Positions 8,726 through 17,431 of a stretch of DNA of 64,000 nucleotides are shown in pieces. The notes beneath the pieces were generated by a model. That model did not search any database. It was not told the origin of the DNA and was given only the letters and a program-made list of their open reading frames with translations. Source of the DNA: Thermoleophilia bacterium (lineage in GTDB: Bacteria > Actinomycetota > Thermoleophilia > BMS3ABIN01). Location of the stretch: positions 2,516 through 66,515 of the forward strand of contig JACUUL010000004.1 of NCBI GenBank assembly GCA_014859345.1. The letters are read 5' to 3'. How positions within the stretch are numbered: the first letter of the stretch is position 1; every line of letters begins with the position of its first letter. A program made the translations under genes and the position numbers.

Positions 8726-9727
8726 ATGATATCTGGATTCCGTGCGGTTTCGCTGATAATGGCCGGACTTTTCGGGACGATCGCGATAGCTGGTCTGGCA
8801 GGATGTGGCTCATTGCCGGATGACGCCGCCGCCAGCGTCAATGGGGAGATTATTACCAAAGCGGAAGTTGCGGACCGCATTGATAACCTCCGTAAGGTCT
8901 ACAGCGCCATGATCCCATCTGAGGAGGATGAAGCCGGTTACGGCGATTTAAGGCGGGAAGTGGCCGATCAGCTGGTCAGGGAGGAACTGGAGCGCCAGGA
9001 GACAGAGAAACGTGGCATCACCGTTTCCGAAGCCGAGATCGACGAGCGCATGGAGTATACCGCCGAAGAGAAGTTTCTTGGCGACACCGTGAGGATGATC
9101 GAGGAATTTGAGGGAATGGGCATCTCCGTGGAGCAGATGCGCGACGATATCAGGCGCACGATTCTCCATGAGAAAATGGAAGCTGACATCGGCAAGGATA
9201 TCCAGGTTACGGACGAGGACGCACGGGATTACTATGAACGTAACATAGGGCAGTACGTTCAGCCGGAGCGTCGCCAGGTGCGCCAGATAATCACAAGCGA
9301 CGAAGCTGACGCGGCTGCCGCAGTCAGCCGTCTGCGGGCCGGTGAGGACATGCTCCAGCTTGTTTCAGAAATATCCATAGATGAAACCGCGGCTGCCAGA
9401 AGAGGCGCCCTGGGCCTGGTTTCGCCAGGACAACTGGCTCCCGAGCTGGACCAGGCGATATCGGGATTGGGGAACGGCGAGATTTCCGATCCTGTCCGGC
9501 TGGGAGAACAGTGGTATGTGTTTAAGGTTGAGAACATAATTCCGGCCATGTTGCGTTCTTTCGAGGACGTCAGGAACGAAATTATTGTCATATACGGCGG
9601 ACAGCTTTATTCCCAGAAATGGCGCGAATTCGTGAGCGAGGTATATGACAATGCCTCAATCAAGTTCGACAAGGAGTATGACCCCGCGTTCAAGAAGTCC
9701 GATGTGCCTAACGCCCCGGTAAAGTAA
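8726..9727 (+). CDS. Parvulin-type peptidyl-prolyl isomerase lipoprotein (PrsA/SurA-like)
   Basis: Signal peptide plus lipobox (IAGLAGCGS), then SurA-N-like helices and a C-terminal PpiC domain (GALGLVSPGQLAPELDQAI...WYVFKVENI). Confidence 0.6.
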   Translation: MISGFRAVSLIMAGLFGTIAIAGLAGCGSLPDDAAASVNGEIITKAEVADRIDNLRKVYSAMIPSEEDEAGYGDLRREVADQLVREELERQETEKRGITVSEAEIDERMEYTAEEKFLGDTVRMIEEFEGMGISVEQMRDDIRRTILHEKMEADIGKDIQVTDEDARDYYERNIGQYVQPERRQVRQIITSDEADAAAAVSRLRAGEDMLQLVSEISIDETAAARRGALGLVSPGQLAPELDQAISGLGNGEISDPVRLGEQWYVFKVENIIPAMLRSFEDVRNEIIVIYGGQLYSQKWREFVSEVYDNASIKFDKEYDPAFKKSDVPNAPVK

Positions 9728-9765
9728 AGTGGCCCCTAATACTGCCGCGGGCGGGTCAAGGGCGA

Positions 9766-9793
9766 TTGACGACGGCTTCTGTCAACTTGACGG
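9766..9793. promoter_or_regulatory. Palindrome TTGAC-N10-GTCAA followed by a TTGACGG repeat, upstream of the ABC transporter genes; candidate operator or promoter element
   Basis: Seen directly: ttgacgacggcttctgtcaacttgacgg. An AT-rich stretch follows at 9880-9910. Confidence 0.25.
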
Positions 9794-9959
9794 CTGATGC
9801 TTGAACGCCCCTGTATAAGGGTGATACAATCGCTTTGATTGTCTTTCCAGTCAAGTTCCGTCGTACCAGTTCTTAATGTTGTGTAATTAAAATGTTGAGT
9901 AATACGGCGGTTTTGTCTTAATTTGGTGGGGCGTACATACATTATTCAAGGGGTAGCGG

Positions 9960-10889
9960 GTGAAGATGGCGGCAGCCGTCGAGATTGAAGGGCTCACAAA
10001 GTCGTACGGTTCATCTGATGGCGAGGTCAGGGCTGTTGACTGGTTGAGTTTCCGGGTGGAGCAGGGAGAGGTATTCGGATTCTTGGGGCCTAACGGCGCC
10101 GGCAAGACAACAACCGTCCAGATACTCATGCAGGTCATCTTCCCCACCTCCGGCAGCGCCAGGCTGCTGGGAAAACCGCTCGGCGACCTGGAATCTCGCT
10201 CCCAGATAGGATACCTGCCGGAGCTGTGCCAGTTCCATTCCCATCTTCGCGCCGACGAATTCCTGGACTTCCATGGACGTCTTTACGGCATGCCCGCTGG
10301 CGCGAGAAGAAAACGCATCGACGAGGTGCTGGAGCTTGTCGGGCTCAGCGAAAATCGCAAGTCCCGCATTCGTACGTTTTCCAAGGGCATGATGCAGCGC
10401 ATAGGCATCGGCCAGGCCATCATTAATAACCCCCGCCTCCTGTTTCTCGACGAACCTGCCTCAGCCCTTGACCCGATGGGGCGCCGGGATATGCGGGATC
10501 TCCTCATGTCCCTGAAAGACAGGGGAACCACGGTCTTCATGAATTCGCACCTTCTCTCGGAAGTGGAAATGACGTGCGCCCGGGTGGGGATCATGAACAG
10601 GGGAAAGCTGGTGCAGGTCTCGGACCTTAAGTCGATGATCAAACCGGGCCACACTGTGGAAATCCGGGCCGCCGGCATCACCGATCGCGTCATGGAACAG
10701 ATCCGCGATTTGGCCAAGCGCGTGCAGCAGGATGATGGCTGTCTGATGGTGACCGTTGACAAGGAGGAGTTGCTGAGCCACCTTGCCCGCATGATCATGG
10801 AAAGTGGCGCCAATCTGATGGAGTTCACACCGAGGCAGATGCCTCTTGAGGAAGCTTTTTTGCAGTTAATCCAGGAGTCCGACGCATGA
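9960..10889 (+). CDS. ABC transporter ATP-binding protein
   Basis: Walker A GPNGAGKTT, the Q-loop, the signature-like FSKGMMQR, and Walker B LLFLDEPASALD. The stop overlaps the permease start (ATGA). Confidence 0.85.
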   Translation: MKMAAAVEIEGLTKSYGSSDGEVRAVDWLSFRVEQGEVFGFLGPNGAGKTTTVQILMQVIFPTSGSARLLGKPLGDLESRSQIGYLPELCQFHSHLRADEFLDFHGRLYGMPAGARRKRIDEVLELVGLSENRKSRIRTFSKGMMQRIGIGQAIINNPRLLFLDEPASALDPMGRRDMRDLLMSLKDRGTTVFMNSHLLSEVEMTCARVGIMNRGKLVQVSDLKSMIKPGHTVEIRAAGITDRVMEQIRDLAKRVQQDDGCLMVTVDKEELLSHLARMIMESGANLMEFTPRQMPLEEAFLQLIQESDA

Positions 10890-11713
10890 AAACATGGGCT
10901 CTGGCAAGGTTCACCGTGAAGGAAGCCGTTCGGGGCAAAGCCATGATCGCCGGACTGGTGATCAGTTTGCTGTATTTGGCCCTGGTGCCCGCTTTCAGCT
11001 CACCCAGTGGCGGTAACGCCATAGTAGGCGATGAGCAGATGAGGATCGCGGCCAGCCGTGAATTTCTGAATTTCGCGCTGGGCGGCCTCAATTTCATCGG
11101 CATGTTTCTGGCAATCTTCACAACCCTGGGCACAATTTATTCGGAGATTGAGAGGGGGACCATCGTCACCCTGGTTACCAAGCCAATCAGCCGCGTCCAG
11201 TTAATTGCCGGAAAGTGGCTGGGGCACGTCATGCTCATGGCCGCCTATGTGATTATCATGGGGCTGGCTCTGTGGCTCTCGGTGGCGCTTGGCTCCGGCA
11301 TGCTGGTCTGGCGTTTCTTCCCCGCCCTGATGCTTGTTTGCCTTAATGTCATCACCATGGTCTCTCTGACGCTGGCTTTCTCCACAGTATTGCCGGTCGT
11401 GGCAAACGCTGTTTTTGTCTTCTTGATGATGGTGATCACATCCAACCTGCGGATAGTGCATGCCATCGGCGAAACTTCACAAAACGCGGTGATCATGGTG
11501 GCGGCCAACCTCTTCCGCATGGTGCTGCCGGTTGGCGAGGTCAATGATCTTGCCGGCCGGATTATGCTGGGTCAGACCCAGGCGTCGAATCTCATGGGCG
11601 TAAGCCCGTCGGCATTCACACCCCGGGCCTGGTCTTTTCTTTACGAACTGGTGTATCTTTCCGCGCTGTTGATGATTGCGGTGCTGTTGTTCCAGAAAAA
11701 AGACCTGAGCTAG
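10886..11713 (+). CDS. ABC-2 type transporter permease
   Basis: 275 aa with 6 predicted TM helices, translationally coupled to the ATPase. Confidence 0.6.
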   Translation: MKTWALARFTVKEAVRGKAMIAGLVISLLYLALVPAFSSPSGGNAIVGDEQMRIAASREFLNFALGGLNFIGMFLAIFTTLGTIYSEIERGTIVTLVTKPISRVQLIAGKWLGHVMLMAAYVIIMGLALWLSVALGSGMLVWRFFPALMLVCLNVITMVSLTLAFSTVLPVVANAVFVFLMMVITSNLRIVHAIGETSQNAVIMVAANLFRMVLPVGEVNDLAGRIMLGQTQASNLMGVSPSAFTPRAWSFLYELVYLSALLMIAVLLFQKKDLS

Positions 11714-12486
11714 ATGAGGATGGGCTCATCCCGGCCGCGCTCAATTCCCAGGCGTTCGGGATGGGAGTAGACGCGCAATTTGGCCGGACCCATGCTGCCC
11801 ACCAGGCTGATTCCCGTTTCGCCCGCCATGGACAGGGCCAGGGATGTGGGAACTCCCCGGGACAACATCAAAGGGATGCCAAAGCGGATCAGTTTCGCAA
11901 CGGCGTCAGCTGAAATGCGGCCGGTGGCAGCGATGAAGAGTTTCCCGGGGTCGAGACCGCGGGCAGCCGTAAAGCCCAGGATCTTGTCCAGCGCGTTATG
12001 ACGGCCGATATCCTCTCTCAGCGCCATGATTTCTCCGTTCGCGTCTGCGATGGCGGCGCTGTGAACTCCCCGGGTCTGCCGGTACAGCTCTCCTTTCCTC
12101 AAGACCCGCGACAGGACGGCCCGCACCATGGCCGGGCCGAAGATCGTGTCCCCCATATGACCGCGCCTGCCCGCCAGGTACGCGCGTTGAGCACAACCGC
12201 TGTAAATCACTAACGGTTTCGGATCCTGGTTTTTTGCTGTCATCGCTTCCGTTCCGGCCCGGGACCCGGCGACGTCATTTTCCGGCGGATGCCTGAGGGT
12301 AACGCTCACCCGGCGATTGCCTTGCTCCGCCCTTACGCATAATACATCCGTCTGCTCAGGTATCAGCTCCTGGCTCAAAAGATAACCAACCGCCAGCTCA
12401 TCGAGATTAAGAGGGGTGCAATGGATAACAGCCACCATCCGGCCGTCAACCAGCAGTTCGACAGGCTCCTCCGCTGGCACCGCCAC
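11710..12486 (-). CDS. fdhD: FdhD-like sulfurtransferase (formate dehydrogenase accessory protein family)
   Basis: The conserved Cys loop (SGCAQRAY) and the GRHNALDK motif near the C-terminal domain are typical of FdhD. Confidence 0.75.
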   Translation of the reverse strand: MAVPAEEPVELLVDGRMVAVIHCTPLNLDELAVGYLLSQELIPEQTDVLCVRAEQGNRRVSVTLRHPPENDVAGSRAGTEAMTAKNQDPKPLVIYSGCAQRAYLAGRRGHMGDTIFGPAMVRAVLSRVLRKGELYRQTRGVHSAAIADANGEIMALREDIGRHNALDKILGFTAARGLDPGKLFIAATGRISADAVAKLIRFGIPLMLSRGVPTSLALSMAGETGISLVGSMGPAKLRVYSHPERLGIERGRDEPILI

Positions 12487-12716
12487 GGTGGGCCAGGATA
12501 ATTCTCCGGCCTGCCAGAGCGTGACATCAGATTTTATTATCGGGGCGCTGTCTTCGCCGTGGTTCGAAATTGGTCTTCTCCCCCGCGTGGCGGTGTAAGC
12601 CCGCCTTTGTCAGGTAGTTACCTTGTCAATTTCTGATTGAATCCAGCTATCCGGCGCCGATTATACCAGTCCGGCAATCTTCCGGGCTTTCATTTTTCAG
12701 CCCCGATAGGCTAGAA

Positions 12717-13157
12717 TTGTTTTCGATGAAGAGATTTCTGTCCATTCCTCTGCTCATTCTGGGTTTCATTCTGCTTGCGGGCATGGTTCTGACTGCCGGT
12801 TGCGGAGAAGAAACGGAAACAGCCGCCCAGATCGAGTGCGACTTCGATGCCCCCAGCCTTATTCCTGCCCCCGGGGATCAGCCCCAGCTCGTGTACTTCT
12901 TCCGCGACACATGACCGGCCTGCCAGAAGCAGACGCCCATCGTCGATGAGCTGAATCAGGAATATACCGGGAAAATCGAAGTAATCAAATACGACCTGAC
13001 GGTGCCTGAAAACTCATGTGAGTTTGCCCGTTACAACCTGGAATACATTCCCGGAATGCTTTATATCTCCAAAGACGGCAGGATCATCGAGAAGACAAAC
13101 TCTCTCATGGAAAAAGAGCAGTTGAGAGCCAAGCTGGAGAATCTTCTCAAGCAATAG
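12717..13157 (+). CDS. Thioredoxin-fold lipoprotein with an in-frame TGA at 12912-12914; candidate selenoprotein (U-P-A-C redox motif), 146 aa if TGA is read as Sec
   Basis: Signal peptide plus lipobox (LTAGCGEE). The ORF stops at TGA after LVYFFRDT, but the same frame continues PACQKQTPIVDELNQEY... for 80 more codons to a TAG at 13155. The TGA sits exactly at the first Cys position of a thioredoxin WCxxC motif. Confidence 0.55.
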
Positions 13158-13217
13158 GCGCCAGGAGGTTGGCAGAATCATGATCCGCCTCGTTCGACCT
13201 CTCCCGATACCCTGATT

Positions 13218-13658
13218 CTAGCGGCTTCTCGATCGATTCGGCAATCTGATCACGTCGGATCTCAGGTCAGCGAAATTTACCGAATCCATGTCCCGGTGGA
13301 TGTCATCGACCATCTTCTCCCAGAAAACGTGCAATGAGCACACTTCTCCCCGGCCGTTGCCGCATTCACCCGGGCGGACCAGGCAGCGATTCAGAAGCAG
13401 CGGACCGTCGATGGCTTCTACGACCATCCTGATGGAGATATCCCCGGGCGGCATTGCCAGAGCGATGCCTCCGCGGCTGCCCCGGATCGTTCTCAACAAG
13501 CCGGCGCGGGCAAGAGTTCTCACAATCGTGGGCAGGTACTTCTCAGGCATGTTCTGGCGCCGGGCTATCTCGCGCGTCTGGGACAGTTCTCCATCGCCAT
13601 TTTCAGCCAGAGCCATCACCGTGCGAATGGCGTAATCTGCTTGCCGGCTTATCTCCAT
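13218..13658 (-). CDS. Rrf2-family transcriptional regulator (IscR/NsrR-like)
   Basis: N-terminal wHTH MEISRQADYAIRTVMALAENGDGELSQTREIARRQNMPEKYLPTIVRTLARAGLL, with three C-terminal Cys (CLVRPGECGNGRGEVC) typical of Fe-S-binding Rrf2 proteins. Confidence 0.75.
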   Translation of the reverse strand: MEISRQADYAIRTVMALAENGDGELSQTREIARRQNMPEKYLPTIVRTLARAGLLRTIRGSRGGIALAMPPGDISIRMVVEAIDGPLLLNRCLVRPGECGNGRGEVCSLHVFWEKMVDDIHRDMDSVNFADLRSDVIRLPNRSRSR

Positions 13659-13913
13659 AAATACCTCCCCGGCCTGATGGCCGGTATTTGTCTGTACCAG
13701 CGCTAAACGACGGGAAACAATGCGTTAAACATAATCATATTTATACACATTAACTAATCACATTAAATCAGGATGCGGTTTCTGTCAACAAGAAGATTAA
13801 CGGACGGGGAGATCCTTTTTCATGACCGGGTGGAAAGGGGCCACGATCCTGCCCGGAAAGAGCAATATGAAGCATGGCCTATTGGGGGAATCGCCGGCGA
13901 CAGGATGAAGGTT

Positions 13914-14186
13914 TCATCCGGAGACTGCCGGCATTATGGAGATGACATCCCCCTCGCGGACTGCTGTGTTGAGATCGTTCAGATAACGGATATCTTCACC
14001 GTTCAAAAAGATCCTGACATTCGGCCAGGCCTGTCTCCTGGCGTCTATCAGCTCGTCCTTGAGGCCTTCGAACATCATCCCCAGGCTCTCGATCACTCCG
14101 CTGATGTCCTCGCCATCAGCCACCACCGTGCCGCCATCGCCTCGGAAGCTTCCCAGCGAAACCGGCAAGCGCACTTCGACTTCCAT
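13914..14186 (-). CDS. MoaD/ThiS-like beta-grasp sulfur-carrier-type protein (ends in a single Gly)
   Basis: 90 aa. The pattern ...RIFLNGEDIRYLNDLNTAVREGDVISIMPAVSG matches the MoaD C-terminal region, but it terminates ...VSG-stop instead of the canonical GG. It lies 20 nt downstream of the HIT gene. Confidence 0.45.
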   Translation of the reverse strand: MEVEVRLPVSLGSFRGDGGTVVADGEDISGVIESLGMMFEGLKDELIDARRQAWPNVRIFLNGEDIRYLNDLNTAVREGDVISIMPAVSG

Positions 14187-14206
14187 GACCCTCCCGCTGC
14201 TTGATC

Positions 14207-14752
14207 TCAGCTGTTTCCGTAAACCTCGAACTGCGGCTCCAAAAATCTGTACGTCTCCGAAAGAGCCTGAGGTATTACTCTCATATCGGCAATCACCGGC
14301 ATGAAATTATTGTCGCCCTGCCAGCGGGGGACGATGTGCATGTGCAGATGCTCCTTGATCGAGGAGCCGGCTATCTCGCCCAGGTTTATGCCGGCGTTCA
14401 GGGCATCGGGCTTCATGGTTTTCTTGAGCACTCTGATGCACTCCTGTGTCAGCGACATGACTTCCGCAGCCGCCTCGGGGTCGAGCAGCTCCAGCTCGGA
14501 GACGTGCTCATACGGAGCAATCATCAGGTGGCCCGGATTGTAAGGATACAGATTCATGATCACGAACGCGCGCCGGCCGCGATAAAGCACCAGGTTCTTC
14601 TGGTCATCGGTTTCCTCGATGACCCGGCAAAAAAGGCATGTCTTCTCCCTCTCCCCAAGAATGTATTCGATTCTCCAGGGAGCCCAGATGGGACGGTTGT
14701 CATTCGGATTTTGGAAATTGGCCATCGGGTACTGAATTGCCTGTATTTTCAA
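14207..14752 (-). CDS. HIT-family (histidine triad) nucleotide hydrolase/transferase
   Basis: HLHMHIVPR is the histidine-triad motif, and CLFCRV is the zinc-binding CxxC typical of the HIT family. Confidence 0.8.
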   Translation of the reverse strand: MKIQAIQYPMANFQNPNDNRPIWAPWRIEYILGEREKTCLFCRVIEETDDQKNLVLYRGRRAFVIMNLYPYNPGHLMIAPYEHVSELELLDPEAAAEVMSLTQECIRVLKKTMKPDALNAGINLGEIAGSSIKEHLHMHIVPRWQGDNNFMPVIADMRVIPQALSETYRFLEPQFEVYGNS

Positions 14753-14805
14753 ACCGCCGGATTCCGGATCAATCTTCCAGGCCCGGCATCAAATGCCTGC
14801 CTTTT

Positions 14806-14882
14806 TGGCGCGCCCGACAGGATTCGAACCTGTGGCCTTCGGCTCCGGAGGCCGACGCTCTATCCGGCTGAGCTACGGGCGC
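14806..14882 (-). tRNA. tRNA-Arg (anticodon CCG)
   Basis: 77-nt cloverleaf read on the reverse strand: GCGCCCGTAGCTCAGCCGGATAGAGCGTCGGCCTCCGGAGCCGAAGG...TTCGAATCC...GCCA. The anticodon loop is CTCCGGA, and CCA is encoded. Confidence 0.85.
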
Positions 14883-14956
14883 GAGCAATCCGGTCAAGCA
14901 TACCAGACGCCGGGAAACGGCATTCAAAGGCGTCAGCCAACATCCAACCCGGTTTC

Positions 14957-15050
14957 TGGCGGAGAGGGAGGGATTCGAACCCTCGAGACGAGTTAACCCC
15001 GTCTACACGATTTCCAGTCGTGCTCCTTCGGCCAGCTCGGACACCTCTCC
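14957..15050 (-). tRNA. tRNA-Ser (anticodon GGA)
   Basis: 94-nt class II tRNA with a long variable arm: GGAGAGGTGTCCGAGCTGG...GACTGGAAATCGT...GGTTCGAATCC...GCCA. Confidence 0.85.
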
Positions 15051-15114
15051 ATGAAGCGGATGGATGCCGGGATGGCGGATGCTTAAGCCCGCGTCGACAT
15101 CCAACTTCTCTTTT

Positions 15115-15210
<96 letters not shown>

Positions 15211-15253
15211 ACGCAGAAATGGCGGACCGCTCATACCGGGATAGTTTAACGGA

Positions 15254-15292
15254 AGTATGCGTGGCGGGAAAGCCGCTTACGGCACGCATAAC
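15254..15292. other. Nested inverted repeat (TATGCGTG...CACGCATA enclosing GCGGG-AAA-GCCGC) between tadA and tRNA-Ser(CGA); possible processing or termination structure
   Basis: Seen directly as agtatgcgtggcgggaaagccgcttacggcacgcataact. No U-tract follows. Confidence 0.25.
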
Positions 15293-15336
15293 TGGACCTT
15301 TCGGGCCGCCGGGGCCGCCGCCCTTGCGGTCTCCGA

Positions 15337-15792
15337 TTATCGCCTGGCGGTGAAGAATACCCTGAGCGTCTCCGCGGCCATGCCGGCCATCACGCCGCCG
15401 GTAACCTCGACCCGATGGTTGAGACGCCCGTCGCGAACTATGTCCATGAGGGATCCGCAGGCCCCCGCTTTTAAGTCAGGGGCGCCAAAGACCAACCTGT
15501 CGATACGGGCCTGGTATATGGCGCCCGCGCACATGGGGCAAGGCTCGACGGTAACATATATGGTACAGCCCCTCAGGCGCCACCCGCCCAGCTTTTCAGC
15601 TGCCTGACGGATTGCCAGAATCTCCGCGTGAGCAGTGGGATCCTTGGCCGTCTCCCGCTTGTTGCCGGCCGCGGCGATCACTTCTCCCCGTTGCTCGATT
15701 ACCGCGCCCACCGGCACCTCTCCCCTGGCAGCCGCCATCCGGGCCTCTTTCAGGGCTCTGCGCATAAACTTCTGATCGTCTCTGTCTTTCAT
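15337..15792 (-). CDS. tadA: tRNA-specific adenosine deaminase
   Basis: CDA-fold zinc motifs HAEILAIR and TVEPCPMCAGAI. The start is taken at MKDRDDQ (ATG at 15792). It lies immediately downstream of tRNA-Arg(ACG), its substrate. Confidence 0.8.
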   Translation of the reverse strand: MKDRDDQKFMRRALKEARMAAARGEVPVGAVIEQRGEVIAAAGNKRETAKDPTAHAEILAIRQAAEKLGGWRLRGCTIYVTVEPCPMCAGAIYQARIDRLVFGAPDLKAGACGSLMDIVRDGRLNHRVEVTGGVMAGMAAETLRVFFTARR

Positions 15793-15941
15793 GAGAACTG
15801 GTTGGTTGACCTCGGCGGGGATGATGGCGTAAAGGCTTGCCAAAGCATGGATTTTTTGGTTTTAATTCCGGATATGCCGTTTAGGAAGCGAAGCGCCCCC
15901 TGCATTTTTGACCGGGGGATCCGCAGATATCGTTCATATTT

Positions 15942-16018
15942 TGGCGCGCCCGACAGGATTCGAACCTGTGACCTCTTGATTCGTAGTCAAACGCTCTATC
16001 CAGCTGAGCTACGGGCGC
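15942..16018 (-). tRNA. tRNA-Arg (anticodon ACG)
   Basis: 77 nt: GCGCCCGTAGCTCAGCTGGATAGAGCGTTTGACTACGAATCAAGAGGTCACAGGTTCGAATCCTGTCGGGCGCGCCA. Confidence 0.85.
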
Positions 16019-16075
16019 GCGAATGCGGATCGTGCATCCGGGCGTTGGATTATATCCATCCAATGTCCGGCTTTC

Positions 16076-16171
16076 TGGCGGAGAGGGAGGGATTCGAACC
16101 CTCGAAGGAGGCTTAAAACCCCCTTAATCGCTTAGCAGGCGATCGCCTTCAGCCGGCTCGGCCACCTCTCC
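16076..16171 (-). tRNA. tRNA-Ser (anticodon GCT)
   Basis: 96-nt class II tRNA with anticodon loop CTGCTAA. Confidence 0.85.
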
Positions 16172-16227
16172 ACAAGGTACGATTCTAGAGGCTTTGTATC
16201 AGGAAAGCCAGCGAACGAGGGGCTCGC

Positions 16228-17136
16228 CTATTCCTCCTGAGGAGGCTCTTTACCGGCCCTCACGGCAGCCTCCCGCTCAGCACGTTCCATATCCTCGCGG
16301 GCCCTTTTCTCCGCTATGAACCTTTCCTGCTCTTCCCGGACGTGCGGCTTTAAATTCAGCTCCGGCTGGATGCCGAGCAGATATTTGAGATACTTGACCG
16401 CAAAATGCATGAGCTCCACGTCATCGGCGCTGATCTTCTCGACCAGGACATCACCGACGTCAAAAAGCTCCAGGAAACGGCTCTCCAGCACATAACGGCG
16501 GAAGCTGTCCAGATCGTAGCTGGCCATGTAAAACATCTTTTGCCGCCGCTCCTCAATCTTGTCCCTGGGCAAGTCCTGCTTCATCATGATGTTTTTCCAT
16601 TCGCGGTTCATCTCGTCGTACAGGGAGGATTCCTGGTCGTCGCGCCACTGTGCTACGGACCACTCCCGGTTCTCGTCAAATCCAAGGCAGTGTTTCTCCC
16701 TGACCATGACATACCATTCATCGTGGACAGCGTTTTGATTGCTTTCGTCGGCGCGCCGGTGGGTGGTCTGGCCGATGGGATAGTACCGGCAGGCTGCGGG
16801 CCGGTCAGTGTATATGGTACATCCCTCTTTTTCTACCACGAAGGGGCAGAGACGCTCTTCGTCATCGTTGAGCTTGATAAAAAGTAAAGGCTGCGTTGTT
16901 TTTTCATCTATCCTGGACCACGTGTGCCTCTGCAGGAAGGTAGTGCTGTTCAAGCCCAGGCGATTCTTCATCCGGACCACGTCATAAGGTGTCAGGAGTA
17001 TCTCGATGCCGCTGCAGCAGCGGGTGAAACATGATATGCCGGGATAGCAGCGAAATCTGAATTTTGAATCAAGCTCCAACTTTTGAGGAACTATCGCCCT
17101 GTGGTTAAGTGATGCCATCTTTAAATTCTCCGCCAT
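16228..17136 (-). CDS. YkgJ-family CxxCxxCC (putative zinc/iron-chelating) domain protein, promoter-distal to qmoC
   Basis: CYPGISCFTRCCSG matches the CxxCxxCC (UPF0153) signature, and there is a second conserved Cys cluster (CPFVVEKEGCTIY...ACRYYP). A charged C-terminal tail follows. The start may be the second ATG at 17118, which has a GGAGA SD. Confidence 0.55.
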   Translation of the reverse strand: MAENLKMASLNHRAIVPQKLELDSKFRFRCYPGISCFTRCCSGIEILLTPYDVVRMKNRLGLNSTTFLQRHTWSRIDEKTTQPLLFIKLNDDEERLCPFVVEKEGCTIYTDRPAACRYYPIGQTTHRRADESNQNAVHDEWYVMVREKHCLGFDENREWSVAQWRDDQESSLYDEMNREWKNIMMKQDLPRDKIEERRQKMFYMASYDLDSFRRYVLESRFLELFDVGDVLVEKISADDVELMHFAVKYLKYLLGIQPELNLKPHVREEQERFIAEKRAREDMERAEREAAVRAGKEPPQEE

Positions 17137-17371
17137 GTAATTGATTTTGCCGACAGAATGTATTTTATCAGATTGATCATCCTCTTAATGGCCAGCCTGC
17201 CTGAGGTCCGCGACGCAGCAGGTTATCTGCTTTCCTGGAGAATGCATAAGGAGACTTTTCAGGGCGGATTGATCTCAGGCGTAGCGAGGGCCCTCCGGAC
17301 ATGCCTAACGATTCACACAAAATTCATACATCTTACATGCGCAAGGCGTAGATGCCGCCATGCCTCATAAC

Positions 17372-17400
17372 AGCGGCGCCCGGTGCATCCAGGCGCCGCT
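17372..17400. terminator. GC-rich hairpin (9-bp perfect stem AGCGGCGCC/GGCGCCGCT) between qmoC and the YkgJ-like gene
   Basis: On the plus strand it is followed by TTTAATAT. On the minus (qmo) strand it lies 25 nt after the qmoC stop and has only a weak U-run. It is a terminator or attenuator candidate. Confidence 0.4.
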
Positions 17401-17431
17401 TTAATATGACAACTCGTTTCAGCCTGTTTGC

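Noticed and set aside
17158-17370. 70-aa plus-strand ORF ending 2 nt before the GC hairpin at 17372
   Set aside because: It has no SD, odd composition (Arg/Cys/His-rich tail) and lies in the qmoC-ykgJ intergenic space on the opposite strand. It is more likely non-coding spacer; the hairpin is reported separately.
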